DNA of 54,873 nucleotides, filler included, from Catajapyx aquilonaris (taxonomy: Eukaryota): assembly GCA_000934665.2 (NCBI GenBank). It is 2 parts of 2 records of this genome, joined end to end, with 100 filler letters (N's around TTAATTAATTAA, not from the genome) between each part and the next. Parts side by side here need not be neighbours in the genome. Positions count along the whole stretch, not along the records: positions 1 to 27,406 come from JYFJ02005064.1; positions 27,507 to 54,873 come from JYFJ02005065.1. One strand, written 5' to 3'. Within the stretch, counting starts at the first letter, position 1; the number at the start of each line of letters is the position of its first letter. The translations under genes were made by a program, and so were the position numbers. Under the pieces are notes generated by a model, which saw only the letters and a program-made list of their open reading frames with translations, made no database searches and was not told the DNA's origin. Shown here piece after piece: positions 23,175 through 34,549 of this stretch.

Positions 23175-24667
23175 ATGTTTGGCAAAAGATCAACCGTCGT
23201 TTGCGTTATGTCTGGAGACAATGAGCAATATGCAGCCTTTTGGACCGCGTTCAGACCATTGACAATCCTGGCCACCTTTGGAGGAATCGCTCCTTGTCCT
23301 TGGCCCAGGGAAAAGCAGAGTTGGAAGTGGTACCAACGGTGGCCAGCAATTGTGCATTTCACTATTCTGATCCTGTCTGTTATTACATACATCTACTTCC
23401 CACCGTTGACATGGAAAGGAGTTGCCAAATTCAGTGCAACACGATGGTCAAAAGTGACCATTCTTCTGATCGTAACAAGTGCTACTCCATGGATAAGTTA
23501 CATTTGGATCCAAGGAAGAGTGAGGAGAGTGTGGAAGCTGCTTCATCGCTTCTCTCAGCTTGATCTCACCAGGCATAAGAAACCCCTTCACAAGCGTTCA
23601 CTGATATTGGTGACTGTCAGCGTCCTTCTGCCTTTATTGGAAGTAATTAACTTAATAATCAAAAGTTTTGCGCTTTCCAGCCCATTCGAGCTTAGGAACA
23701 TTTTGAATTTATTCTTCATGTGGCACTGCTACTTTTTGTCTCATTTGATCCCCACTCAGGTGGCATTTCTGGCGATCGTTGTCTGGGAATTGTTGCACGA
23801 GTTAAGTGAGAAAATGATTAACACGTGCGATTCATTATTTTTGTCCTCGTCAGGAGAGAGACAGAAAGCGAACGAAATTTTTGGCGGAAATATAGAGTTG
23901 CTTTTTCGTAAATATTACGAACTATATGCTTCGTAGTGGAAAACACGGACAGCGTTTATGGAATGTGCATTTTGGCTGCTTACTTTATGAATGCAGTGCG
24001 GGCAATATGCTCGATTTCTGAGTTGCTCTTGGTGCCCTTTGTTAGTGTGTTGGAGACAGCGGCATTAATTACCATCACCGGAGCCACACTGATATCAATA
24101 ATTGCATTTACTTTGATCCTGGGATCCATACCATCGCAAGTATGTCATCATTTTTGCGCGGGTCATGGCGCAGTTATTAATCATTCATATTTTCAGAGCA
24201 CACAGTCTCTGACTCATTTGTTAAGTGCAAGTCCTCTGGTCACCAATCCAAACATCAAGCCGTATGTAAGTGTTCCCTCTGCTTTGCTAATATCAATACT
24301 AACTAATTTCATCATTTTCAATCAGACTGAAGCACTGGTCAAGAAGATGACAGGTCCTCCCCTTGGGATTACTGCCGGGGGTTACTTTTCCATCAACCAC
24401 GGCCTCTTGACCTCGGTAAGTTGTCAATATATCTTCAATATTCTAGTATAAGGTACCCTTGTACCCGAGAGGATAAAAGTTACCGCTTGAATCAAATATT
24501 CACAAATCAATGAATACATTCAATGACACATGCCAATTTTCCTTTAACACTTTTCTCCATAGATGGCCGGATTTGCGACTACGTGCCTCATTGTCCTGGC
24601 TCAGTTCAAGGGGTCTCTAATTACCATGATGTTGCTGGTGGAGTTTATTGGCAGAGTCGAGGATTGA
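23175..24667 (+). pseudogene. GR subfamily B, full length but with one 2-nt frameshift; exons 23175-24139, 24197-24265, 24326-24415, 24563-24667
   Basis: TACGAACTATATGCTTC at about 23916 versus TACGAACTGTGCTTC in the intact paralog; all splice sites intact; last exon runs past the paralog's stop. Confidence 0.8.
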
Positions 24668-26954
24668 GACCTGCTTTTGTTCCCTTTATTATTATTTTTA
24701 CTCTACCTACATGGTGTCATGCAAGAAGGTTGATCTTTCCTAATAATAATTGGCCTTCTTCAATCACCAGGTACTGACGTTACACCTAACCTTGTCATGT
24801 AGTTATTATGTAACTTGGAATATCCGATGATCACTGTATTGTCCTATTCACTCTTATTTACTGTTTGTTGCTTACTGGTGACGTCTGCTGGCCTCTCCTG
24901 AGAGGTAGGCCTACTACAGTATTATTATTTAAAAACCGTTAATGACGATGTCTCGGCCACGGACCTATTATTGATGTGGGAATTTAATAATGATGAATCT
25001 ATTTTTATAAAATATGGAGCTCTAGGTGTGCCAGGTGCGATCTTCACGGCTAAGTGTTTAATATTCTAGTCTGCACTATCAGATGTTTAGCGATAGTATT
25101 GATCAGCACGATAAATAATACCTGTGCCTTTTCATCATTAATATGTTACTGACGCCTCGCATGTCTTCGTGCATTTGGCAGTAGGCGTACCATTTCTCAC
25201 ACATACATCATCGACAGAGGATGCCTTTGATTTTTTCTGAGATCGACAATATTAGTAGTGGAGGCTGTTGATATTGATGTAAGATGAAATAGTGCCTGTT
25301 GAATTTTGCTTCGTGGAGGTGTCAGAACTATTACGCCAATTTGATGACCTACCGACATCGACAGTTGCAACGGTTTGTTTCTTTTCCGCGAGAATGCTCT
25401 TCACGCTTCTGACGACTTGCCGCTATGCGTAAAGCGTAATAGTCCATTGTTACTGTAAGGGACGACTAGTAAACCCTCTCCAAAACTGGCCTATTTATGT
25501 TACTTACCATTGAAAGTGTATAGACTAGTGTTTTTTTCAGGCTACTACTGTACATGCGAGAAAGATCATACCCATTTCATTACTTATTTGTAACGACAAG
25601 CCGGCGGGCGATGTGACGAGACTTGCAAAACTCAACTTGAAGGCACGGTTCCAATAGTCGCCAGGCAAGCAGCATTTTTCATAAGAATGCTGCACGTTAT
25701 GAGAACACCAAACTTGGCATACATCATGTCCACACCTATTGTCAACGTTTAGGAAGGGGAGCCACCTGATATATATCCCCGAAACAAAATGGCGGTCATA
25801 TGTTCAGAAATGGCCGCCTTAAAATTTAAATTACCTTCATGACTGGAATCCTGGAACTCGGATTCAATAAAAAGCTCAAAAGGACGCATTATAGTGCACA
25901 TAAGAGATGCAGTCATCCATGGGGCCTGGACTGTTCTCATAAGAACATACTGTTGATACTCATGTGTTGGTACTTGCCATATCTTTCTTCTTTGAGTTGA
26001 GGACTTTGGGCCTTGAAGAACTGTGGGATTCATTTAACTTAGGTCAGAAACAAAGGTACATTCCAGCTCACATCAGCTTTGTTCAGAGAAATGTGTCGCC
26101 CCACGGAGCTTCCACGCATTCACAGGGTGTGACACTGTTTCAACATTTCCATTCCATGGGAAACTCAGTGCCTGGAACACATGGAAGTCCTATGATTAGG
26201 CTACTTCTGCTTTCCGTGCCATTTCAACTCCACTTTCAAAACTGCCAATGGACGTGCTTCATGAGCTAGAACAATTTGTCGTCTGCACACTATAAGAAAT
26301 ACTTGGGCGGGACTCTAAGACATATGTTTTCGACTTCTGAGGAAATACTGTTTCACAGACTCCCTCCTATATATACCTGAGAAGCACTCCGACAGCATGC
26401 TTTGAGAGCTGTTTATCCGGGCGACCACATTTGTGGTCAGTGTGTAAGCCCCCTTTACTTTTTATTTATTTATTAGTTACCCTGTTGTCATTAAATCTTA
26501 CTCCCATGAGTGGTAGTCAGAAAAACGCAGGCATAGTCCCTTAAAGCTTAAATACATTTGCATTGCACATGAAATGCGCAAATACCTTGTAATATTATGT
26601 TCAAGCCCAATGTGAATGTCTGTTTGCAGGGCAGTCCTGCTGGATTCCGAGCCAATCAGACACCGACCGTCCGTCGGCCATTTTGGACTCGGGGCCAATC
26701 GTAACCTCTGCTTACATTCGACCAAAATTTTGGGTTAGGAAACATTTCAAAATGGTGGCCACTGTTGCCTCCCATTCCATCTGGGAATCTGACTGAAATG
26801 AGGGTACATAAAGACGCATTTCCCTCAGGCCGAGAGTACCTATCAATAAATATACACTCTAATGCTAATTAAGTATTGAACATTGCTACAGCATTGCTGT
26901 GGACAGTCATGCACAATAGAGCAGGTGAAAATGATATGTTATAATAAATAATGA

Positions 26955-27030
26955 CGCATGCGAAGACCGAAACCGGGACCTTCCGTTCAGCAAGCCGAGA
27001 CGTTACCAACTCCGGCAACACGCCTCCCCC
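26955..27030 (-). mobile_element. Degenerate tRNA-like SINE head
   Basis: GGGGAGGCGTGTTGCCGGAGTTGGTAACG...GGTCCCGGTTTCGGTC; decayed A and B boxes. Confidence 0.5.
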
Positions 27031-27406
27031 TGTTTCCTAAGACTTTTCAAAGGCCTCTCTCATTATTAACCTTCAAAGAATGGGTCCCAAGTCACGCCAG
27101 AGTCACACCTGGCAATACAGTGTGATCTAAAATATTTCGCATATTGCTGTGGTTGTTGACACTATAAGCTGCTTGATAATCATTTGAAATCACTATGGAG
27201 AGGTAACGTCTACTAAATAAACAGTTTAGTGACAACAAGTAGCCATAGCAGTCGGACAATAATTTAGGATAACATTGCACTATATACGACATAATTATAG
27301 TTTCATACCCCCCGCAAACGAGCTTTATCCTGGCTATCCTAAGCAACCCACACGGCATGATAACAGAACCGAGTCAGCGGCAACAGGGCTTGGGGGGTGT
27401 TGGCCG

Positions 27407-27506
27407 NNNNNNNNNNNNNNNNNNNNNNNNNNNNNNNNNNNNNNNNNNNNTTAATTAATTAANNNNNNNNNNNNNNNNNNNNNNNNNNNNNNNNNNNNNN
27501 NNNNNN

Positions 27507-27546
<40 letters not shown>
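27407..27546. other. 100-nt assembly gap (N run with internal TTAATTAATTAA) followed by an (AT)n microsatellite
   Basis: N at 27407-27450 and 27463-27506; (AT)n at 27507-27546. Confidence 0.95.
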
Positions 27547-27549
<3 letters not shown>

Positions 27550-27732
27550 CCAAGAAAATCCATTCAGCATCACTGATTAATGATTATTATGAGACTGGGC
27601 AAGGTATTATCTATCACTGTTACATCACTACTGTTTTTCTTTATTCTTTTTTCAACAATGCCTACTTTGCCCCTCGCATTCCTGAACACAAGCGACCTCA
27701 TAAAAAACTGCCAAAAACAAAAGTCAACTTAC

Positions 27733-30700
27733 TGCAAGCTGTGAAGTGGACGGAAGACGTACATGCTCCTTGCAGCTGTCAGGAAATCTCAGCATCAGTG
27801 TGCAAGGAGGGTCTAAAAAGCAAAAGTAGTTGTAATTATGCATAACCCGATGGATGATGAACTTTTCCCCAATGGTGAATGTTCGATGCTAATAACGCAA
27901 TGAAGAATTTGGCATATTTTTGATCAACTAAGGTACGACTTATAAATACTGCATTACATTTCCTGAAAATATCTCCTGGACGTGAATCCCTAAGCAACAG
28001 ACCTGATTCACTTCCTAGGTAATCCATCCACGAGCCGGCCACCTTTGGTTCAAGCTTGGGATCGTCCTGAGGCAATGTCTCTTTCTCTTCTGCAACTCGG
28101 GCTCTCTTACGCTTGAACCATTCCTCCCCGTCTTTCGACTCCTCCTTCCCCCTATCCTCTTCCCCCTCGGATTCAAATGTCTCTAGATCACTCCCGTCCT
28201 GCTCTGACACTGCTCCTGAATCAGTTCCTTTCCCCTTCAGCGATTCCCTGATGGCTGCCTCAAGCTGAGAATCCTCAGACGCATCCAATATTGATTCAGC
28301 TGTTGCCCCGACTGCCGCACTGCTAGGCCTCTGTGGTCTGGCTGGTGACCTGATTCCATCCATTGAAGGGTGCTCGGAGAGAAACTCAGTGGCTAGGTCA
28401 CAGAAAGACACGGCGTCCAGGCGATGCCACACACGGAGAGATTCTCCAGTCTGAGGGTCAAGGATGGCTACATATGGCCACTGTGTCACCTTGTAAAATG
28501 CCATGTACCGCTGTCCATCACTGCTGTCCATGTAAACCTGTAAGTTGACATTCCAATGTAGTGACAATACACCTCAAAAAGCCCCATTTACATGGAGCTA
28601 TGTGATCAGCAATGTTGCAGCGATGAGACCAATTGTTGGGGGGAAAGATATACGTATTGCTACCATGCGACCTTCGCTCAGTGACGTATATAGTTGCACA
28701 TCGCTGATCAAATCACTTGCATGTAAACACGGCTTAATGCCTCATAGGCTATGGCATGTGGCATTTCAACAAAAGACAACTCACCTGCCAGAAAATAAAG
28801 TGCTCCTGGACAATGTTCTTGACGGAGGTGTTGGACCAAACATCCCGGTTGAGCACCTGACAGGCAAATTCCTGGACGTTCTGTACATTTACTAGTAACC
28901 ACTTCTTCAATGACACACCCTTGTCACGAGCCTGTAACAATAAACATGTTTTTATAAGCATAATTCTCTCAAAATTACATCGACTTTAGAAATTCTGGCC
29001 AGTGGCACCGCAATGCAACAGGATGTATGTTTTCTAAGTGTTAGAATTGCCATCCACTCTTCTAATGAGGTATTGAACTTTCGTCAGAGCCCATGGAAAA
29101 ATAATCACCAAACTACTAGGGTCTCCAGTAAATACTTATTTCTTTACCTTTAAAATATGAGCACCCTCTGATAATGCCATTGGAGAATCAGTATTTTTTC
29201 AGTGCTCTGAATGGTGGTAAGTTGCTCTATGCATTATCCATTTGAAGTCCTATAGTCATAAACAGAAAATCCAAATACTTCTTGCACTCACACTCTGAAA
29301 GGACCCTCTAAAGATCATGTCCAGTGGCGGTCGAAACAAATCTTCTAGAGTCTTTCGCTTCCGTGAAGGAACAGAAGATGAAGCTCCATCAACCACACCT
29401 AACAATTCCTCCTGTCGTCCTGAAGAAAACAAATTTGTTAAAATTTTGTTCCAGAACAAAACTGTTGATTACACATACTGGTTTCAACTTGGAAATCCCT
29501 GAAGCCATCGAATACAGATCGAACAGTTCTTCTCTTCCCCCTGAAGCCATAAGCAAATATTTCCTGTCCTGGGCCAACTAACACTTCTTGCACTGGTGGG
29601 ATAGGAGCCCTCACCGTTTCTTCACCATCAGGCTCAGCATTAACTGCTGCTGAGGAAGCGGACGGAGCTGCTGAAGAATTGTTGGAGGCAACCGAGGAAT
29701 GCTTCTGATGTCCACCACCTAACTCGGATTCAGTGGATTCAATATGCATATTGATTGCCATCTCCAGGTTATCATTGCAGGCTTCCAGTAGTGACAGTGC
29801 CACCGTTGAGTCTGCCCCTGTGGAATAAGCAATTTGTTGAAATTTGAAATATTTTCATAAACTCTGTGCACAAAAACATCGAAGATTAGGGACGGAGTGC
29901 AGAAAATTAGGGAAAGGCAATAAAGCTGGAAAGTTGACAGTTATTATGCAGAATAATAACGTCAAGATTATGAGACACAGAAAAAATTGTAATGTGTGTG
30001 CAAAATTACACAGGACTCATTAGTTTCACCAGCCTTTTGCCAGCTCTTACCAACATCCCAGTATTTTTGGTTAAGGTCTGTCTGGTGGCGAGCACCAAGC
30101 CAAAGTAACATGATGCATGCATTAGCCTAGTCTATCTCATGTAGCAGAATTTTTCAAGCTACAAGCTGAATGTGACACCGTTCCACTAATTGGACATTCT
30201 GGACATGTGAACATCAGATTGAAAACTTCTTGCCCGTCACTCCCGCTGATCAACTGCATCCTCAACCAGGGGTTCATCCCAGAAACGCAAGAGCATCTCA
30301 ACAGGCAAACTACCCAGGAGGAAAACTCAGCAGCAGCGAGTCAAAATGATCAGTTGCTCATCATTCGCTCCACATGTCCACTCAGTCCAACTAGTAAAGC
30401 CTTGCAACTTGCGGTACGTCTCTTGCACTAGTGCGATCCGTAGTAATGTGATTTCAGCCTTTAATTGACTGGCCTAGCAGGTACTGTGTTATGCTGTGCC
30501 AGCGCATTCTGCATAGCATTGTTATTCTTACAGTAATTAACCACAATCAACACCGCCCCTTACTAGCCAAAATCAGAGGAATTAGAATGGCATCAATCAG
30601 CATGATGATTACGCTATTATCTGCCTCTTTACAATGCCCATCTCCCGAACTCCTTTTCGAATCCCTTCCCCACACATTCAAGACGCGGCCAGCCCCATTT

Positions 30701-30784
30701 CCGACCCGGCCCGACCCCCACTTCACCTGTGATTGAGCAGAACTGCTCCACCATGTCATCCTTCCGTTTGGCTGTGGACGCCAT
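27733..30784 (-). CDS. UBXN7: UBX domain-containing protein 7; exons 30727-30784, 29479-29817, 29292-29419, 28785-28931, 28003-28537, 27733-27812; final exon not found (probably at or beyond the gap)
   Basis: UBA-like region (FCSITGAD...LLEACNDNLEMAIN), VRAPIPP, TLEDLFRPPLD, UAS domain KWLLVNVQNVQEFACQVLNRDVWSN, UIM SEDSQLEAAIRESL, UBX start LMLRFPD. Confidence 0.9.
28580..28734. mobile_element. Degenerate Harbinger-like MITE (same family as 31496)
   Basis: AGCCCCATTTACATG...CATGTAAACACGGCT ends; shares CATCGCTGATCAAATCA..GCATGTAAAC with the copy in the mRpS25 intron. Confidence 0.6.
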
Positions 30785-31037
30785 TTTGGACTCGATCGAA
30801 AGAAAAGAAGAAGCTCAAACCGACCATTTGCGCTGTGGCTATGCGCAATTGTAATCCCATCTACCAATAGGAACGTGCGCTCCCATCATTGTAACCAATC
30901 ACAGCTGAACATCGAATTAGGTGCTGAGTCGTGTAAACTGATGCGAACAGACGAGCATCGCGACCCGTACTGTGGACATCACTTTTTCTCTTTTTCTCGT
31001 GGTACTTGTCCCTGCTTGTCCTGAAAATTAGTGGACA

Positions 31038-32074
31038 ATGCCGTTTATGAAAGGTGCGGCGCCGATACGGCGGACTCTGCAGTATCTAGAAGCGGGAAGG
31101 GTGTACCTCAAGGACAAGGTGCGCATATTCTCAGTCAACTACAACATCTACGGAGACCACCACGAGGGAGCCAGGTGATTACTAATGCCTTAATATTAAA
31201 TTAAAACTATTACACTCATTAAATTTTAATGAGCTGTTTTTTTTCCACAGAGAATTCGTGTTTTGGCATCTCCCGCAGCTGCAGTATAAGAACCCTGACG
31301 TGCAGGTCATTACTTTGAAGAATATGACTCCATCGCCTTTCATCCGGTGCTTTCTCAGTAAGCAACTGACACAGTCCTGTACTCTGAAAAAAAAAATCCC
31401 AAAAACCTCAGACATTTCCATTGAACCTAATCAGCTATCGCTTGAATGCATGAGGTTTATTAGACAATCACAGGCCACATGTTAGCATTGCATGAAGCCG
31501 CTTTTACATGGAGCGATGTGCAGTGATGAGTATCGCTGATCAATAAAACCAATTGTGTGGGGCTAAAGTAACAATCGAATTTTGGATGCCGACAATTGGT
31601 TTCATCGCTGATCAAATCAGTCGCATGTAAACGCGGTCTGATTAAAGGAAATAGAAGGATATCACATTGGCCATTTAATAGATTAGAATGGATTAGTAGT
31701 GCATACAACAATATTTACAACATGCAATTTCCTTGCAGATGACGGTCAGCAAGTTCTAGTTGACATTGACAGCAAGAGCAAAGAAGAGATACTGGAGCAT
31801 GTTCGGAAAATTCTTGGAAAACCAGAGTAAGAATTTGTACCATAATTTACACTGTTCATTTTGTGTGATTTTTTCTTTTTTTTTCCACAGTTCAGTTCTT
31901 GAGGCTGAAATAAAGGCACATCAAGAGCTGTCGAATCCGGCCCATTTTGGTGAGAAGTGCCTCAGGCACTGCATCTGCGAGATACCAGGGCAGATCCCAT
32001 GTCCATCAATTGTTCCATTGCCCTATCACATGAGGGGGAAGTACAAATATGGACAAGCAGAACTTGAATTGTAA
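31038..32074 (+). CDS. mRpS25: Mitochondrial ribosomal protein S25 (~171 aa); exons 31038-31174, 31251-31357, 31739-31826, 31891-32074
   Basis: [17 protein letters not shown]...[22 protein letters not shown]...[11 protein letters not shown]...NPAHFG...[12 protein letters not shown]; exon phases consistent. Confidence 0.95.
31496..31638. mobile_element. Degenerate Harbinger-like MITE
   Basis: AGCCGCTTTTACATG...CATGTAAACGCGGTC flanked by TGA on both sides. Confidence 0.6.
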
Positions 32075-32109
32075 AAAAGTAACTTAAAAGTGTAGTAAAT
32101 CTTGTTTTT

Positions 32110-34505
32110 TCAAAAGTCAGTCACCCAGCAATCTCTCCCTGAGCAACCCTTCAGTCTTTTCAGAAGAGACTTGTAGTGTCTGTGAGTCTTTTCATTGAGA
32201 GCTGGTGCAATGTTGGTCAACTGGTAAGGGTCAGATGTTATGTTATAGGCTTCCTGGAATCCTTCAGAGTCTTCAAACTGGCAGAAGAGGAAGTTGGCCT
32301 GTGGGCTGATTTGTCGCACACAGTCATAGGTGTTGTTGGTCGAGTCCTGGCACTTGCAAGATGCTGCTTCCTGGCACAACTGAACAAGAAAAGAAATTGT
32401 TAGCGCTTTCCAACCTATATTTATGTTCAACTGTGACTAACTGTGACGTCTGTTCCTCTCCATGGGCACTCTGGATCCGTCTTCCCTCCACCTTCCCCCC
32501 TGTACTCCACTAAGAAGGCAGTCCTCCACTCCTGCGACTCTCCTTTGGCAATCTCGAAGAATGACATGCCATCAGTATTGGCAGCTCTTTTCCCAGCCAT
32601 CTCAAGCAGGGTTGGGAATAAGTCAATGAGCAGCACCATCTCCGACCTTTTCACACCCTTTGGTATTCCTGGACCCTGAACCAACAATGGAACACGCAAA
32701 TCTGTGTCGTAGGGCTGGCGCTTGTCCCAGGGCATTGAGTTCTGACCCAGGTGATAGCCATGATCAGATGTGAAGACAACGTAGGTGGAAACCATGCTGA
32801 TGACTTGCATGATGTTACGCACCATATGATCCACAGACAATAACGTGCGCCATCGATTACGATGTACTTCATCAACAACATCAACAGTGACATTGGGCAA
32901 TGGTGATGGTGGAAGTCGCAATAACCAATGTTTGTCGGTCCCTGGGATGGCATCAAACCCATATGTTCGAGGAGCTTTAATTTCTTCATACCTGTGTTCG
33001 TATTGTGGTGCAGGTGTGAAGGGTGCATGTGGCGCTGGTACAGCCAATATCATAAAGAACGGAGCACCATTGAGGTTTTGTTGCTGTATAAACTGCAGGG
33101 CTGACCTTGCTATTACATCTGTTAAGTAGTCAGTTGCATAGCTATCACCATGACGGCGTGCAGTACCATTGATGGACAAGGTGTAGTTGTAGTAGCGTGA
33201 GTTCCCAGTCAACCCCATCCACCAGTCCCACCCTGCCGGTACATGTTTGGTGCCTCCAGCATGTTTCTTCCCATACTGTAAAATAGAGCCATGTCCAAAA
33301 GGTTGTATTTAAAAACACTAAAACACATCATCAGACACAACTTGCAGCAATCCTGTAATGAACTGCAATTTCCCTGGATATGTTTACAGGGAAAAGACGC
33401 ACCTGATTCATGTATTTCCCTGCGTAGAATGTAGTGTAGTTTAAGGCCTTAAGATGCACAGCCAGCGTTTCCATCTCCAGTCCCTGCTGCCACTCATGGC
33501 TGCTGCAGTTTCCTTCCAATGTGTTGTTGACCACTCCGGTATTGTGGAGGTGGCGACCAGTCAGGATTGATGCACGGCTCGGACAACAGATTGGGGTTGT
33601 TGCAAACTGAGGATTGACAACTAATTGCCACAGAGCTAACAACCCAGAAATATTGTGATCCCTTCATGCACCATTCAATATTATTAGCATCCAGTTGACA
33701 AAGACAATGATGCAATCCAACTCACACAGTACAATAAAAATACTAGTACCAGTCAGTCTTCCCACAAGTTAGGATTCATTCAGATGGCATGCTCTATTTT
33801 TGTATTTTCAGTACTTTCCACAACATAATTTTCATAACAAATAATAACGAATAAAGGTTTAGACAAGTGTATGTCCTTCATATTCTTATTGGCGCAAGTG
33901 AGGATGCATGATTTTTTATTTTTAAATTATTTCAGATGTGGCAAACATAATTTTCACAAGTAAGTATGGTTGAAATTAATGCAATGGCATGCCAAAGAAT
34001 GGCAGCAGTGATTGGCTTCGTACACATTTGCCTACAGGATTTACAAAATGTACAATAACAGCATGTGCCATGTGGATGAGTCTTTAGTGTGAATCTGTGA
34101 CACTAGAAATAAACTCTCTTTATTACAAATGTTCAACAAGCCATCAAATTTGAGACGATTGTCAACTCACAGCATTTTCAAACGTGACACCTTGCTGACC
34201 CAATAACTGCTGGACATGCTTCAACGGCGTCTGCAATAAGAGTAAAACGGGGAGGATTGGAAATGAGTCCACCATTGTCACTGACTAATCCCAAGTTTAT
34301 TGCTGGACTTGACTTTTGCCCCATCACATTATTCTGCTGTCCTTACCATTCCCCCCAACACCAGATCCTGGTCATCACTCAGAACAAGAACGATGTTGGG
34401 TCGTGCCGGAGCTGGATCAAGACCCGCCAACTTCGGTGTCAACGGCAGGAATGGAAGAAGCGGGACCAGGACCAGCAGCAACAGGCAGCAAGGAAGTCGA
34501 TTCAT
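32110..34505 (-). CDS. GNS: N-acetylglucosamine-6-sulfatase-like (~508 aa); exons 34347-34505, 34171-34230, 33403-33606, 32442-33275, 32110-32379
   Basis: Signal peptide; RPNIVLVLSDDQD; sulfatase signature CCPSRASILTG; FYAGKYMNQYG; FTSDHGYHLGQ; DKRQPY; CKCQDSTNNTY. Confidence 0.92.
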
Positions 34506-34549
34506 GATTGCCCCCCGTTGCATAATATGCTGTGATGACAGATTGCTGA

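Noticed and set aside
25749..26725. Short ORFs between the last GR and the gap
   Set aside because: No recognisable domain, consistent splice structure or transposon termini
27451..27462. TTAATTAATTAA island
   Set aside because: Centred in an exactly 100-nt N gap; most likely a scaffolding spacer
30210..30370. C/D box snoRNA in UBXN7 intron 1 (ATGATGA...CTGA on the minus strand)
   Set aside because: Box spacing is short, with no terminal stem or recognisable rRNA guide
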